A stretch of DNA of 63,968 nucleotides, filler included. It is 6 parts of 6 records of this genome, joined end to end, with 100 filler letters (N's around TTAATTAATTAA, not from the genome) between each part and the next. Parts side by side here need not be neighbours in the genome. Positions count along the whole stretch, not along the records: positions 46,248 to 58,596 come from DRR723986_10288; positions 58,697 to 63,968 come from DRR723986_10447; 4 more parts are not named here. One strand, written 5' to 3'. This document shows positions 48,921 to 59,029 of the stretch, piece after piece (the first letter of the stretch is position 1; every line of letters begins with the position of its first letter). A program made the translations under genes and the position numbers. The notes below the pieces were generated by a model. The model was not told the origin of the DNA and made no database searches. It saw only the letters and a list, made by a program, of their open reading frames with translations.

Positions 48921-49028
48921 GCGCCCTGCTTAATCGCTTTGACAGGTGGCGGCGAGGGGCAGTTGCAAATTCTGATCTTTTGGCCTGCCTGCCCTTTTTC
49001 TGCCGATTTGTTGGTCTACCTCTCGGAT

Positions 49029-49376
49029 ATGAGTTTTGGCGAGACATACAAACACGAAACCCTGCAATCGCGGCGCGACCGGTCGCGGCGTTCGATGTTC
49101 TGGGCGCGTATCCTTGGCATTACGTTGATGCTGACCATCGGCGCGATTCTCAGGTCAGAGCCGCAGCTGCGTCAGGATCTGATGGATGCCGGGATCAATG
49201 GCATTCTCAAACTGACCAAACGGGACCAGCCGCAATTCGCAAACGCACCCTTGCCGTCCAACACACAAGCCAATGGCGGGATCAGGATCAACCGGCCTGT
49301 GACCGAGGCGCCAGATAGCGGTGCATTGGCGGCCCAAGCCGGGCGGCGTGTCGCCGCCCGAAAAGTCGGGGATTAG
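49029..49376 (+). CDS. Hypothetical single-TM protein
   Basis: 3' part of a long ORF that lies wholly in the intergenic gap; one TM helix. Confidence 0.55.
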   Translation: MSFGETYKHETLQSRRDRSRRSMFWARILGITLMLTIGAILRSEPQLRQDLMDAGINGILKLTKRDQPQFANAPLPSNTQANGGIRINRPVTEAPDSGALAAQAGRRVAARKVGD

Positions 49377-49397
49377 GGCCGCAACCCCAACGCCGGT

Positions 49398-49826
49398 TTA
49401 GCCGATTGAAATCAGCTCAATATCAAATTGCAGGTCTTTGCCCGCAAGCGGGTGATTGGCATCCAGTGTCACGGTCGCCTCGTCCACCTCAACCACCATC
49501 ACTGGCAGCGCTTGCCCGTCAGGGGTCTGCATCTGCAACTGCGTGCCAACCTCAAGCGGGATATCCGCCGGAATGCCTTCGCGCGGCACAGCCTGACGCA
49601 TCTCAGGGTTCAGCGGGCCGTAAGCATCTGCGCAGGCAATCTTCACAACCTTTTTATCGCCAACCGCCATGCCGGGGATCGCAACATCAAGGCCGGGAAT
49701 GATCTGGCCAGAGCCAACTTCAAATTCCAGCGGCTCGCGCCCTTCGGAACTGTCAAAGGTCGTGCCGTCCAGCAACGTCCCAGTGTAGTGAATGGCGACT
49801 TTATCGCCTGATTTGACCTCAGCCAT
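49398..49826 (-). CDS. FKBP-type peptidyl-prolyl isomerase (SlyD-like)
   Basis: HYTGTL, FDSS and DANHPLAGKDLQF motifs. Confidence 0.92.
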   Translation of the reverse strand: MAEVKSGDKVAIHYTGTLLDGTTFDSSEGREPLEFEVGSGQIIPGLDVAIPGMAVGDKKVVKIACADAYGPLNPEMRQAVPREGIPADIPLEVGTQLQMQTPDGQALPVMVVEVDEATVTLDANHPLAGKDLQFDIELISIG

Positions 49827-50008
49827 CGAAAACTCCAATTGTATCGGGAAAATGGGCGGAGGCCGCGTATCTGCGCAGGTGCTCCGGGTTCGGCGCAATG
49901 TTTCAAAGCTGTGCCGCCGTGTAAACCCCCTGCCCCGTATTGGCATTTCGCCTCTTTTCCCTCCCTGCCTGCCGTGACAGTCTGAGCGTGAAGCCCAAGG
50001 AGAGCGCC

Positions 50009-50695
50009 ATGCCCATCACCACCTGTGTCTTTGATGCCTACGGTACGTTGTTCGATGTCGCCGCCGCCGCACGCCAGGCCGCGTCAGAGCCCGATTTCGC
50101 CGCGATCAAGGACGACTGGCCGCAGGTTGCCGAACATTGGCGGCTCAAGCAGCTGCAGTACTCCTGGCTGCGGGCCGTGGCGGACGCACATACGGATTTC
50201 TGGGAGGTCACGCAAAATGGTCTCGACTGGGCACTTGAAAAGACCGGCCATGCGGGGGATGCGCCCCTGCGCGAACGGCTCTTGGCGCTCTATTGGGAAT
50301 TGCAGGCCTACCCGGAGGTGCCCACAATGCTGGCCGCGCTCAAGGCGGGGGGGCTGAACACAGCGATCTTGTCAAACGGGTCACCCGACATGCTGCAAGG
50401 GGCGGTGGACAGTGCGGGCATCGGTGATGTTCTGGACACAAGCCTGTCTGTGCAAAGCGTGGGCATCTTCAAGCCCGATGCGCGGGTTTATGATCTGGTC
50501 GGGCAGCATTTTGGCTGTGCCAAAGACGAGGTTTTGTTCGTGTCTTCAAATGGTTGGGACGCAGGTGCCGCCACAGGATACGGGTTTACCACGGCATGGG
50601 TGAACCGCATTGGTGATCCAGTGGACCGCCTGCCCTGGACCCCCAAACATGTGATGCCTGATCTGACGGGCATCCCCGAATTGGCGGGCGCATAA
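50009..50695 (+). CDS. Haloacid dehalogenase type II
   Basis: FDAYGTLFD, LSNG, FKP and SSNGWD motifs; RBS AAGGAG. Confidence 0.9.
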   Translation: MPITTCVFDAYGTLFDVAAAARQAASEPDFAAIKDDWPQVAEHWRLKQLQYSWLRAVADAHTDFWEVTQNGLDWALEKTGHAGDAPLRERLLALYWELQAYPEVPTMLAALKAGGLNTAILSNGSPDMLQGAVDSAGIGDVLDTSLSVQSVGIFKPDARVYDLVGQHFGCAKDEVLFVSSNGWDAGAATGYGFTTAWVNRIGDPVDRLPWTPKHVMPDLTGIPELAGA

Positions 50696-51519
50696 TGGCG
50701 ACATTCACGACCTCTGATGGCCTCTCCCTTCACTACACCGACGAAGGGGCGGGCCTGCCGATCCTTTGCCTTGCCGGACTGACGCGCACCGGCGCGGACT
50801 TTGATTATGTGATGCCGCATCTGTCCGGTCATCGGGTGATCCGGCTGGATTATCGCGGGCGCGGCGGATCGGATTTTGATCCCAATTGGCAGAACTACAA
50901 CCTCAACGTGGAATGCCGCGATGTGGTGGAATTGCTGGACCATCTGAAGCTGGACAAGGTTGCGCTGCTTGGCACATCCCGTGGCGGGCTAAATGCGATG
51001 GTATTGGCCGCTTTGGCCAAGGGCCGGCTGCTGGGCGCGGTGCTCAATGACGTGGGGCCGGTGCTGGACCCAAAGGGGCTTGAACTGATCATGGGGTATA
51101 TTGGCCGCAACCCATCCGCCAAAACCCATGCCGAGGCTGCGGCGACCATGGCCGCGCTTTTTACCGATTTTCAGAATGTCCCGGACAGCCGTTGGCTGGA
51201 AGAAGCAGAAAAACACTACACACAGACAGAAAGCGGGCTGAAGATCACCTATGATCCGGCACTGCGCAAAGCGGTCGAGGCGGCCGCCAAGGCCGATCCG
51301 GTTGACCTGTGGCCCCTGTTTGATGCCCTCGCGGACTTGCCGATCGCGGCAATCCGTGGTGCCAATTCCAATTTGCTGAGCGCCGGAACACTGGCCGAAA
51401 TGCACCGCCGCCGCCCCGACATGATTGCCGCAACTGTGCCGGATCGCGGCCATGTCCCGTTTTTGGATGAACCGCAGGCCGTTGCCGCCCTGCACGAATG
51501 GTTAGGATTGCTAAAATGA
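50695..51519 (+). CDS. Alpha/beta hydrolase
   Basis: GTSRGG nucleophile elbow; GHVP. Confidence 0.88.
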   Translation: MATFTTSDGLSLHYTDEGAGLPILCLAGLTRTGADFDYVMPHLSGHRVIRLDYRGRGGSDFDPNWQNYNLNVECRDVVELLDHLKLDKVALLGTSRGGLNAMVLAALAKGRLLGAVLNDVGPVLDPKGLELIMGYIGRNPSAKTHAEAAATMAALFTDFQNVPDSRWLEEAEKHYTQTESGLKITYDPALRKAVEAAAKADPVDLWPLFDALADLPIAAIRGANSNLLSAGTLAEMHRRRPDMIAATVPDRGHVPFLDEPQAVAALHEWLGLLK

Positions 51520-52487
51520 ACATAGAAATGATCCGCGCCGCCGCTGCGCGCCTCAAGGGTCACGCCCGCGAAACGCCTTTGCTGAATGCGCCTTTGCTGG
51601 ATGATCTGGCGGGGCGCCGCGTCTGGGTGAAACCGGAATGCCTGCAACTGACCGGCAGCTTCAAGTTCCGCGGTGCCTGGTCGGCCCTTTCTGCCCTCGC
51701 GCCGGATGTGCGGTCCAAGGGCGTCATCGCATTTTCAAGCGGCAATCACGCCCAAGGGGTTGCATTGGCAGCGAAGATGCATGGCGCACCTGCGGTGATC
51801 ATCATGCCGTCCGACAGCCCCACCCTCAAGATCGAGAACACCCGTGCTTATGGGGCCGAAGTCGTGCTCTATGATCGGGCCGGCGAAAGCCGCGAAGAGA
51901 TTGGCGATAAGTTGGCTCAAGATCGCGGGCTGACGCTGATCAAACCTTATGATGAGCCGCAGGTGATCGCCGGACAAGGCACCACCGGACTTGAAATCGC
52001 CCGCCAAGCGGCAGAGCAAGGCATTGAAAAAGCGGATGTTATTGTCTGCTGCGGCGGTGGCGGCCTCACTTCAGGCATCGCGCTGGCGCTTGAGGCGGAG
52101 GCGCCGGGCCTGCGCGTGCGCCCGGCAGAGCCTGAAGGCTTTGACGATGTGGCGCGGTCCTTGCAATCGGGGCAGATCGAACGCAACCCCCGCACATCGG
52201 GCAATATCTGCGATGCGATCATCACCCCGCAACCGGGCGAGATTACTTTTCCGATCATGCAGCGGCTCGCTGGCCCCGGATTGGTGGTGTCCGAAACTGA
52301 GGCGTTGCAAGCGATGGCGCATGCCTTCAACTGCCTCAAACTGGTGGCCGAACCGGGGGGCGCGGCGGCATTGGCGGCGGCCCTTTATCGGCGCGATGAG
52401 ATCGAAGGCGACGATGTGATTGTCACAATCTCGGGCGGCAATGTGGACGCGGCGATGTTTATCCGTGCCTTGGAAACGCTGGCATGA
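51516..52487 (+). CDS. Threonine/serine dehydratase family PLP enzyme
   Basis: TGSFKFRGA, SSGNHAQG, GGGGL and SGGN motifs. Confidence 0.9.
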   Translation: MNIEMIRAAAARLKGHARETPLLNAPLLDDLAGRRVWVKPECLQLTGSFKFRGAWSALSALAPDVRSKGVIAFSSGNHAQGVALAAKMHGAPAVIIMPSDSPTLKIENTRAYGAEVVLYDRAGESREEIGDKLAQDRGLTLIKPYDEPQVIAGQGTTGLEIARQAAEQGIEKADVIVCCGGGGLTSGIALALEAEAPGLRVRPAEPEGFDDVARSLQSGQIERNPRTSGNICDAIITPQPGEITFPIMQRLAGPGLVVSETEALQAMAHAFNCLKLVAEPGGAAALAAALYRRDEIEGDDVIVTISGGNVDAAMFIRALETLA

Positions 52488-53680
52488 CCCAGTTTTCCAT
52501 CGCCAGTTTCAACGTCAAGAACCTGATCGGCCCCAATCAGGAATATTACAAATTCCAATCCTACACGCCCGAGGAATACGCCTGGAAAGAAGACTGGCTG
52601 GCCGATCAGATTGTATCACTGAACGCCGATATCATTGGCTTTCAAGAGATTTTCGATGAGGAAAGCCTGCGTGCCACTATCGCCCGTGCTGACCGCTATG
52701 GCCAGGACAGCAATGATGCCTCTGTGCCCGGTGAGGACAAAAGATACCGCCACCGCGCGATCTTTGACCGGCTGGCCTTTCGGGATTACAGCAACGCCGC
52801 TCTGGCTTTTGCGCCCAATGTGCATGACGGCGAACCCGGACAGCGCCGCCCCGGCGTTGCGATCCTGTCGCGGCTTGGTTTTGCCGAAGACCCGCAGATC
52901 ATTCAGGTGCTGGACACCCCGCTTGAGATCCCCTTCCAGACCTTTGGCGGCGATGAGGGCGGGCATTTCACCATTCAAAAACTCAGCCGCCCGATCCTCA
53001 AGGTGCGGGTGCCGGTGGGCGATCAGATCGTTACCGTATTTAACTGCCACCTGAAATCAAAACTGGGCGAATTTATCCGGGCCGAAGGGGCCGAATATCC
53101 TGCCGAGGCCGATCTAACACAATATGACCCTGTTGGCCGGGCCTTGGGCGCGGCACGGTCGGCAATGCGGCGCATGGCCGAAGCATGGGTGTTGCGCGGG
53201 GCCATCGTCGGGGAATTGCGGCAGGGCCGCCCTGTGATGGTGTTGGGTGATTTCAACGACAACGAACATGCGGTCAGCACCGAGATTATCATGGGCGAAC
53301 AGCCCTTTAAGAACTACGCCTGGATGCTGCGCCATGATGCGGAGCATCGCGGCGACCGTTATTCAGAGGCCGAAAGCGCACAGATCACCGAAAGCATCGA
53401 GGCCATGCGCCTGCATTCGGCGGAAAAGATGTTTGTCCGCAAATCCCTGCGCGACATGGTCTATACCTCTGCCTTTGGCGGGGTCTATGAGAGCATCGAC
53501 CAGATCATGATGTCGCGGCATTTTCTGCCCGATTGGAAAGGCCATATCGGCGAGATGTCCTATTTCACCGTATTGAACGACCATTTGACAGATGGCAGCC
53601 ACCCCGAAGCGCCCTATAACAAGCTGGCCTCGGATCACGGGCAGATCATGGCGACCATTCAATTGCGGGAGGGCAAATGA
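52484..53680 (+). CDS. Endonuclease/exonuclease/phosphatase family protein
   Basis: SFNVKN, FQE, HLKSK, GDFND and SDH motifs. Confidence 0.88.
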   Translation: MTQFSIASFNVKNLIGPNQEYYKFQSYTPEEYAWKEDWLADQIVSLNADIIGFQEIFDEESLRATIARADRYGQDSNDASVPGEDKRYRHRAIFDRLAFRDYSNAALAFAPNVHDGEPGQRRPGVAILSRLGFAEDPQIIQVLDTPLEIPFQTFGGDEGGHFTIQKLSRPILKVRVPVGDQIVTVFNCHLKSKLGEFIRAEGAEYPAEADLTQYDPVGRALGAARSAMRRMAEAWVLRGAIVGELRQGRPVMVLGDFNDNEHAVSTEIIMGEQPFKNYAWMLRHDAEHRGDRYSEAESAQITESIEAMRLHSAEKMFVRKSLRDMVYTSAFGGVYESIDQIMMSRHFLPDWKGHIGEMSYFTVLNDHLTDGSHPEAPYNKLASDHGQIMATIQLREGK

Positions 53681-54468
53681 TGAAGATGTTTGATACCGGT
53701 GATGTGCGCCTGCACTACCGCGTCGATGGGCCGGACGACGGCGCGCCGGTGGTTTTTGCCAATTCGCTGGGCACCGATATGCGCCTGTGGGATCCGATTT
53801 TGCCGATGTTGCCCAAGGGGCTGCGGATCATCCGGTTTGACAAACGCGGTCACGGGCTGTCCTCCTGCCCGCCCGGCAACTATTCCATGGGCAGTTTGGT
53901 CACCGACACCGAAAGGTTGCTGGATCATCTGGGCATCAAGGAATGCGTTTTTGTGGGCCTGTCGATTGGCGGCATGATTGCACAGGGGCTGGCGGTCAAA
54001 CGGCTGGATCTGATCCGCGCGGTGGTTCTGTCCAACACCGCAGCCAAGATTGGCAACACCCAAATGTGGGACGAGCGTATTGGCGCAGTGCGCAAGGGCG
54101 GCATAGAAGCCCTTGCCGATGCGGTCATGGAACGTTGGTTTGCGACCCAGTTCCGCGCCACGCCAGAGCTTGAGCTGTGGCGCAATATGCTCGCACGGCA
54201 GGATGACAACGGATACATCGGGTGTTCCGCCGCGATCTCTGGCACGGATTTTTACACGCCGACCTCCGGCCTGCGCCTGCCTGCCCTGGGCATTGCCGGG
54301 TCCGAAGATGGCTCAACCCCGCCCGATCTGGTGCGCGAGACCATTGATTTGATCCCCGGCTCCAAGTTCCATTTGATCCGTAAGGCGGGCCATTTGCCCT
54401 GTGTCGAACAGCCCGAAGAATACGCGCAGGTTTTGACCGATTTCCTCAAAGGTGTCGGTCATGTCTGA
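53677..54468 (+). CDS. pcaD: 3-oxoadipate enol-lactonase
   Basis: NSLGTD, DKRGHG and GLSIGG motifs. Confidence 0.88.
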   Translation: MMKMFDTGDVRLHYRVDGPDDGAPVVFANSLGTDMRLWDPILPMLPKGLRIIRFDKRGHGLSSCPPGNYSMGSLVTDTERLLDHLGIKECVFVGLSIGGMIAQGLAVKRLDLIRAVVLSNTAAKIGNTQMWDERIGAVRKGGIEALADAVMERWFATQFRATPELELWRNMLARQDDNGYIGCSAAISGTDFYTPTSGLRLPALGIAGSEDGSTPPDLVRETIDLIPGSKFHLIRKAGHLPCVEQPEEYAQVLTDFLKGVGHV

Positions 54469-54841
54469 TCGTTACGACAAAGGCATGGAGGTGCGCCGGT
54501 CAGTCTTGGGCGACGCCCATGTGGACCGCGCAGAGGCGGCAAAAACCGATGCCGACGTGCCCTTTCAGACCCTGATCACCGAGGGCGCATGGGGCAATGT
54601 CTGGGCCTCTGACGCGATCTCGCGGCGGGAAAGATCCATGCTGACGCTGGCCTTGCTGGCCGCGATGGGCAATTTTGACGAAATCCCGATGCACATCCGC
54701 GCATGCGCCCGAACAGGGGCCAGCCAAAGCGATATTATCGAAGCGTTTCAGCATGTTGCGATCTACTGCGGTGTGCCAAAGGCGAACCACGCGATCAAAT
54801 TGGCCAAAAAGACCTGGGCCGAAATGGAATTGGAAGACTAA
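54461..54841 (+). CDS. pcaC: 4-carboxymuconolactone decarboxylase
   Basis: GMEVRRSVLGDAHV, AWGNVW and AIYCGVP motifs. Confidence 0.9.
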   Translation: MSDRYDKGMEVRRSVLGDAHVDRAEAAKTDADVPFQTLITEGAWGNVWASDAISRRERSMLTLALLAAMGNFDEIPMHIRACARTGASQSDIIEAFQHVAIYCGVPKANHAIKLAKKTWAEMELED

Positions 54842-54844
54842 GAC

Positions 54845-56170
54845 ATGGCCGCATCGGTATTTGACAGCCCCCTGTTCGCGCAGCTTTTCCCGACAGGCGA
54901 CACGGGGCGGCTTTTCTCGGACAGCGCCGCCATCCGCGCCATGCTGCTGACCGAAGGGGCGCTGGCCAAGGTGCAGGGCGATCTGGGTGTGATCCCGCAA
55001 ATCAGCGGCGCCGCGATTCATCGGGCCGCGATGGAAATCCAAGTAGACCCCGGCGCGATTGCCAAGGCCACGGGCGCGAACGGGGTCAGTGTTCCGGGGC
55101 TGGTCGCAGCGTTCCGCGATGAGATGCAAGCGCCCGAACATGCCCAATTTGTACATTGGGGCGCGACATCGCAGGATATCATCGACACCGCATTGATGCT
55201 GCGCTTGCGGCAGGCTTTGGCATTGGCCGAGACGGACCTGCGCGAGATTTTGATGGCTTTGGGCGCACAGGCTGCGGAACATGCCACCCTGCCGATGCCC
55301 GCCCGTACCTATGGGCAACATGCCACGCCAACCACATGGGGCGCGGTTCTGGCCGAATGGGGGATGCCGCTTTTGGATGCGCTTGGTGAGTTGGACGTTT
55401 TGCGCAAATCATCGCTTTGGGTCTCCCTGTCCGGTGCCTCTGGCACGGCCTCTGCCTTGGGCGAGAAAGCCGCCGAGACCCGCGCGGGATTGGCCAAATC
55501 CCTGGGTTTGGGTGATCCGATGCGATCCTGGCACACGGACCGCACCCCCTTGTTGCGGATCGCGGATTGGCAGGGGCGCGTGATGGCGGCGTTGGCGCAT
55601 ATTGGCCAATCGCTGATCGGGCTTACCGGCAGCGATGTTCAGGAGATCAGTCTGGGCAGTGCCGGAGCCTCCTCCACCATGCCGCAAAAACAAAATCCTG
55701 TCGGACCTTCCGCAATCCTTGCCCTGTCGCATCAGTTCACCGGTCAGCGGGCCACTTTGCAAGCCGCCGCCGCCCATCAACATCAAAGGGATGGCGCGGC
55801 GTGGTTTGCCGAATGGATGGCCCTGCCGCCGCTTTGCCTGTCACTGGCTTCGGCCTTGGAACACACCAAACGGCTGGCCAGCGGGATTGCGCCGCGCCCC
55901 GTGCAGATGCACGCCAATCTGGAGGCCACGTTGGGCCTTATCCATGCCGAAGCGCTCAGCTTTGCATTGGCCGACTTGATGCCGCGCCCCGAGGCGCAGG
56001 CCAAGGCCAAGGCGCTTTGCCTGGAGGCGATGGAGAAACGCATCCCGCTCAAAGACCTGGCAACCGCAGCTTATCCAAAGCTCGATACAACTGCATTTGA
56101 CCCCGTCGCGGGTGCAGGACATGCCGCCCAAGATGCGGCAGATTTTGTCCGACGCACAAAGGATCTCTAA
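54845..56170 (+). CDS. pcaB: 3-carboxy-cis,cis-muconate cycloisomerase (class II fumarate lyase family)
   Basis: HWGATSQD and SSTMPQKQNP motifs; follows pcaDC. Confidence 0.8.
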   Translation: MAASVFDSPLFAQLFPTGDTGRLFSDSAAIRAMLLTEGALAKVQGDLGVIPQISGAAIHRAAMEIQVDPGAIAKATGANGVSVPGLVAAFRDEMQAPEHAQFVHWGATSQDIIDTALMLRLRQALALAETDLREILMALGAQAAEHATLPMPARTYGQHATPTTWGAVLAEWGMPLLDALGELDVLRKSSLWVSLSGASGTASALGEKAAETRAGLAKSLGLGDPMRSWHTDRTPLLRIADWQGRVMAALAHIGQSLIGLTGSDVQEISLGSAGASSTMPQKQNPVGPSAILALSHQFTGQRATLQAAAAHQHQRDGAAWFAEWMALPPLCLSLASALEHTKRLASGIAPRPVQMHANLEATLGLIHAEALSFALADLMPRPEAQAKAKALCLEAMEKRIPLKDLATAAYPKLDTTAFDPVAGAGHAAQDAADFVRRTKDL

Positions 56171-56174
56171 CAAC

Positions 56175-57374
56175 ATGCGCCCTGCCGTTCTGTTTATCAT
56201 GGCCACGGTGATGATTGATGCCATGGGCATTGGTCTGATGATGCCGGTGATGCCCGATCTGATCCGCGAGGTGCGCGGGCTTGCACTCAGTGACGCCGCG
56301 CTTTGGGGTGGGGTCATGGCCACCAGTTTTGCGGTGATGCAATTCCTGTTCGGGCCAACGTTGGGCGGCTTGTCCGACCGCTATGGCCGCCGGCCGGTTT
56401 TGTTGACCTCGCTCGTGGTGATGGCAATCGATTATGTGGTGATGGCATTGGCAGGCAGCATATGGTTGCTGCTTATCGGGCGGATTGTCGGTGGAATAAC
56501 GGCAGCAACCCATGCGACCGCCACGGCCTATATGGCAGATATCTCAGCCCCCGAGGACCGGACCAAGAACTTTGGATTGATCGGGGCCGGGTTCGGCATT
56601 GGTTTTGTTCTGGGGCCGCTCATTGGTGGTTTGCTGGCCGAATATGGCACCCGCGCACCGTTCTGGGCCGCAGCCGCCCTGGCCACGGCCAATGTGGTTT
56701 TGGGTTGGTTTGTCTTGAAAGAAACGGTCACCGATGCCACCCGCCGCCCCTTTGAATGGTTGCGGGCCAATCCTTTTGGTGCATTGCGGCAGTTGCGCAA
56801 ACTGCCCGGTGTTCTGCCTTTGGTGGCGGTTTATTTCCTCTATCACGTGGCCTTTGCGGTCTATCCTTCGGTCTGGTCCTACTTTGGGCAGGAGCGGTTT
56901 GAATGGTCCGCCTCGGTGATCGGGCTGTCGCTGGCGCTCTTTGGTGTGGCGATGGCGCTGGTGCAAGGCGGCGCGATCCGGTTGACGCTGAAATGGTTCG
57001 GCGAACGCGGCACTGTGAACTTTGGCTTTGTCTTTGCCATCGCAAGCTATGGCGCCATTGGGGTGATCACCTCGGGCACGCTTGCCCTGATCCTGACCCC
57101 GATTGCCGCCATTGGCGGGGTCATCCCCCCTGCGCTTCAGGGGGTGATGTCACGCCGCGTGGACGCCAACGCCCAAGGCGAATTGCAAGGTGCGCTCACC
57201 TCGACCACAGCACTGGCGATGATCTTGTCGCCCTTGGCGATGACCGCCAGTTTCTCGGAGTTTACCAAAGCCGGAACCGCCTTCTATCTGCCGGGCGCAC
57301 CATTTCTTTTGGCCATGGCCCTGAGCATTCTCGCGCTGGCGATCTTTGTTTTTTCGCCCCGTAAAACAACGTGA
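56175..57374 (+). CDS. TCR/Tet family MFS transporter
   Basis: DAMGIG, LSDRYGRRPV and GFVLGPLIGG motifs. Confidence 0.88.
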   Translation: MRPAVLFIMATVMIDAMGIGLMMPVMPDLIREVRGLALSDAALWGGVMATSFAVMQFLFGPTLGGLSDRYGRRPVLLTSLVVMAIDYVVMALAGSIWLLLIGRIVGGITAATHATATAYMADISAPEDRTKNFGLIGAGFGIGFVLGPLIGGLLAEYGTRAPFWAAAALATANVVLGWFVLKETVTDATRRPFEWLRANPFGALRQLRKLPGVLPLVAVYFLYHVAFAVYPSVWSYFGQERFEWSASVIGLSLALFGVAMALVQGGAIRLTLKWFGERGTVNFGFVFAIASYGAIGVITSGTLALILTPIAAIGGVIPPALQGVMSRRVDANAQGELQGALTSTTALAMILSPLAMTASFSEFTKAGTAFYLPGAPFLLAMALSILALAIFVFSPRKTT

Positions 57375-57466
57375 CGTAATCGGCCAAAACAGGGGTCGTA
57401 TCTTCGCTTGCGCCGCATGGCTTTTCTCGCCAACCTGATGGGTGACCCGCGAGGAAAGGAAAGCCC

Positions 57467-58555
57467 GTGACCCTGATCAAAGCCGCCGTCGCCCATGAGT
57501 TTGGTGCGCCTCTGAAAATCGAAGACGTGCAATTGCGCGCGCCCGGCGGCAGTGAGGTGGAAGTCACCCTTGATGCCGTCGCAATCTGCCATTCCGACAT
57601 TTCCTTTGCCGAGGGGGCATGGGGTGGATCCCTGCCTGCGGTCTATGGCCATGAGGCTGCCGGACGGGTTACGGCCGCTGGCCCGACTGTGCGCGGCTTG
57701 TCGGTGGGGGACAGTGTTGTTGTCACCTTGATCCGCGCTTGCGGCACCTGCCCCAGCTGTTCTGGCGGCAAACCGACCATCTGTGAGACGCCTTATGACG
57801 GCGATCACGGCCCGTTGAAAACCGCCGGTGGCGGCATGTTGCATCAGGCAATGGCCGCCGGTGCCTTTGCTGAAAAGGTGGTGGTTGAGCAGTCGCAAGT
57901 TGTGAAAATCAGCCCCGACATCCCCAAAGACGCCGCCAGCCTGATCGCCTGCGGCGTGATCACCGGGGTTGGCGCGGTGGTCAATGCTGCCGGTCTTCGG
58001 GCCGGTCAGGATGTTGTGGTGATCGGCGCCGGCGGCGTTGGCCTCAATGCCATCCAAGGCGCACGGATCGCAGGCGCACGGCGCATTGTGGCTGTGGACA
58101 TGAGCGAAGAGAAGCTGGAAATCGCCAAAGAGTTTGGCGCAACCGATGGTGTTCTGGCCACCGACCCCAAGCCGTGGCGGGCCGCGCAAAAGGCCATGGG
58201 CCGCGGGGCAGATGCGGTGATCGTCACTGTGGGGGCCATTCCGGCCTATGACACCGCCCCGCGTTATTTGGCGGGCGGCGGCAAGGTGATCATGGTCGGG
58301 ATGCCGCATTCCGGTCAGGTCTCGACCTATGAGCCGGTCATGCTGGCCGCGGTGGGTCAGGGCATGGTCGGCTCCAAGATGGGCGACGTGGTGATCCAGC
58401 GGGATATCCCGTGGATGGTGGATCTGTACCTGCAGGGGCGGCTGAAACTGGATGAGTTGATCTCGGGGCGCTGGAGGCTGGATCAGATCAATGACGCCAT
58501 TGCCGACACCAAGACCGGCGCGGCGCGGCGCAATGTGATTATGTTCGACCGTTGA
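57467..58555 (+). CDS. Zinc-dependent alcohol dehydrogenase
   Basis: ICHSD, GHEAAG and GAGGVG motifs. Confidence 0.9.
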   Translation: MTLIKAAVAHEFGAPLKIEDVQLRAPGGSEVEVTLDAVAICHSDISFAEGAWGGSLPAVYGHEAAGRVTAAGPTVRGLSVGDSVVVTLIRACGTCPSCSGGKPTICETPYDGDHGPLKTAGGGMLHQAMAAGAFAEKVVVEQSQVVKISPDIPKDAASLIACGVITGVGAVVNAAGLRAGQDVVVIGAGGVGLNAIQGARIAGARRIVAVDMSEEKLEIAKEFGATDGVLATDPKPWRAAQKAMGRGADAVIVTVGAIPAYDTAPRYLAGGGKVIMVGMPHSGQVSTYEPVMLAAVGQGMVGSKMGDVVIQRDIPWMVDLYLQGRLKLDELISGRWRLDQINDAIADTKTGAARRNVIMFDR

Positions 58556-58564
58556 CTGTGAGTT

Positions 58565-58589
58565 CCGCAGATCCTGTTTGGATCTGCGG
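58565..58589. terminator. Hairpin downstream of the ADH gene
   Basis: CCGCAGATCC-TGTTT-GGATCTGCGG. Confidence 0.55.
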
Positions 58590-58596
58590 CCGGATT

Positions 58597-58696
58597 NNNN
58601 NNNNNNNNNNNNNNNNNNNNNNNNNNNNNNNNNNNNNNNNTTAATTAATTAANNNNNNNNNNNNNNNNNNNNNNNNNNNNNNNNNNNNNNNNNNNN
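58597..58696. other. Artificial contig linker
   Basis: N-run, TTAATTAATTAA, N-run. Confidence 0.98.
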
Positions 58697-58843
58697 GTCG
58701 CGGTTGCCCTCGATATAGGCGACCTTTCCATCCTTCATGTGAACGTTGATGCCGCAACGGCAGGCACACATGTAGCAGGTCGTCTTGCGGATCTCGTCCG
58801 ACACTTTCGGGGAGAGATCAATCGCGGGTTGCGTATGGGCCAT
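58697..58843 (-). CDS. soeA: Molybdopterin oxidoreductase N-terminus, SoeA-like (3' truncated)
   Basis: KTTCYMCACRCGINVH 4Fe-4S motif with no Tat signal; only 49 aa visible. Confidence 0.7.
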
Positions 58844-59013
58844 GGGTTGTCCTGTACCTTCCTGCCGGAATACCTGTTCTTCATTTCCGCTGTCTGCGGC
58901 GAACGGAACACAAAAGTTTGGCTCTTTCCAGAACGTTTTATCGCATTTCTGCTAACCGTGCTTGACCCGGCAAGCGAGGGCCAGTCTTTTAGGGGTGATA
59001 TGGCCAGTTTCTC

Positions 59014-59027
59014 TGTAAGCGCTTACA
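59014..59027. promoter_or_regulatory. LacI-family-type operator
   Basis: Perfect 14-bp palindrome TGTAAGCGCTTACA with central CG. Confidence 0.6.
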
Positions 59028-59029
59028 TT

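Noticed and set aside
48195-49028. 5' extension giving a 393-aa ORF
   Set aside because: It overlaps the THUMP methyltransferase in antisense; only the part from ATG 49029 is plausible.
56175-57374. Acquired tetracycline resistance gene
   Set aside because: It sits in a core metabolic operon with no tetR or mobile context; family membership alone does not show resistance.
9760-58696. Five recurring TTAATTAATTAA motifs within N-runs as a biological repeat
   Set aside because: They are identical 100-nt artificial linkers with six-frame stops; cross-linker gene adjacency is meaningless.
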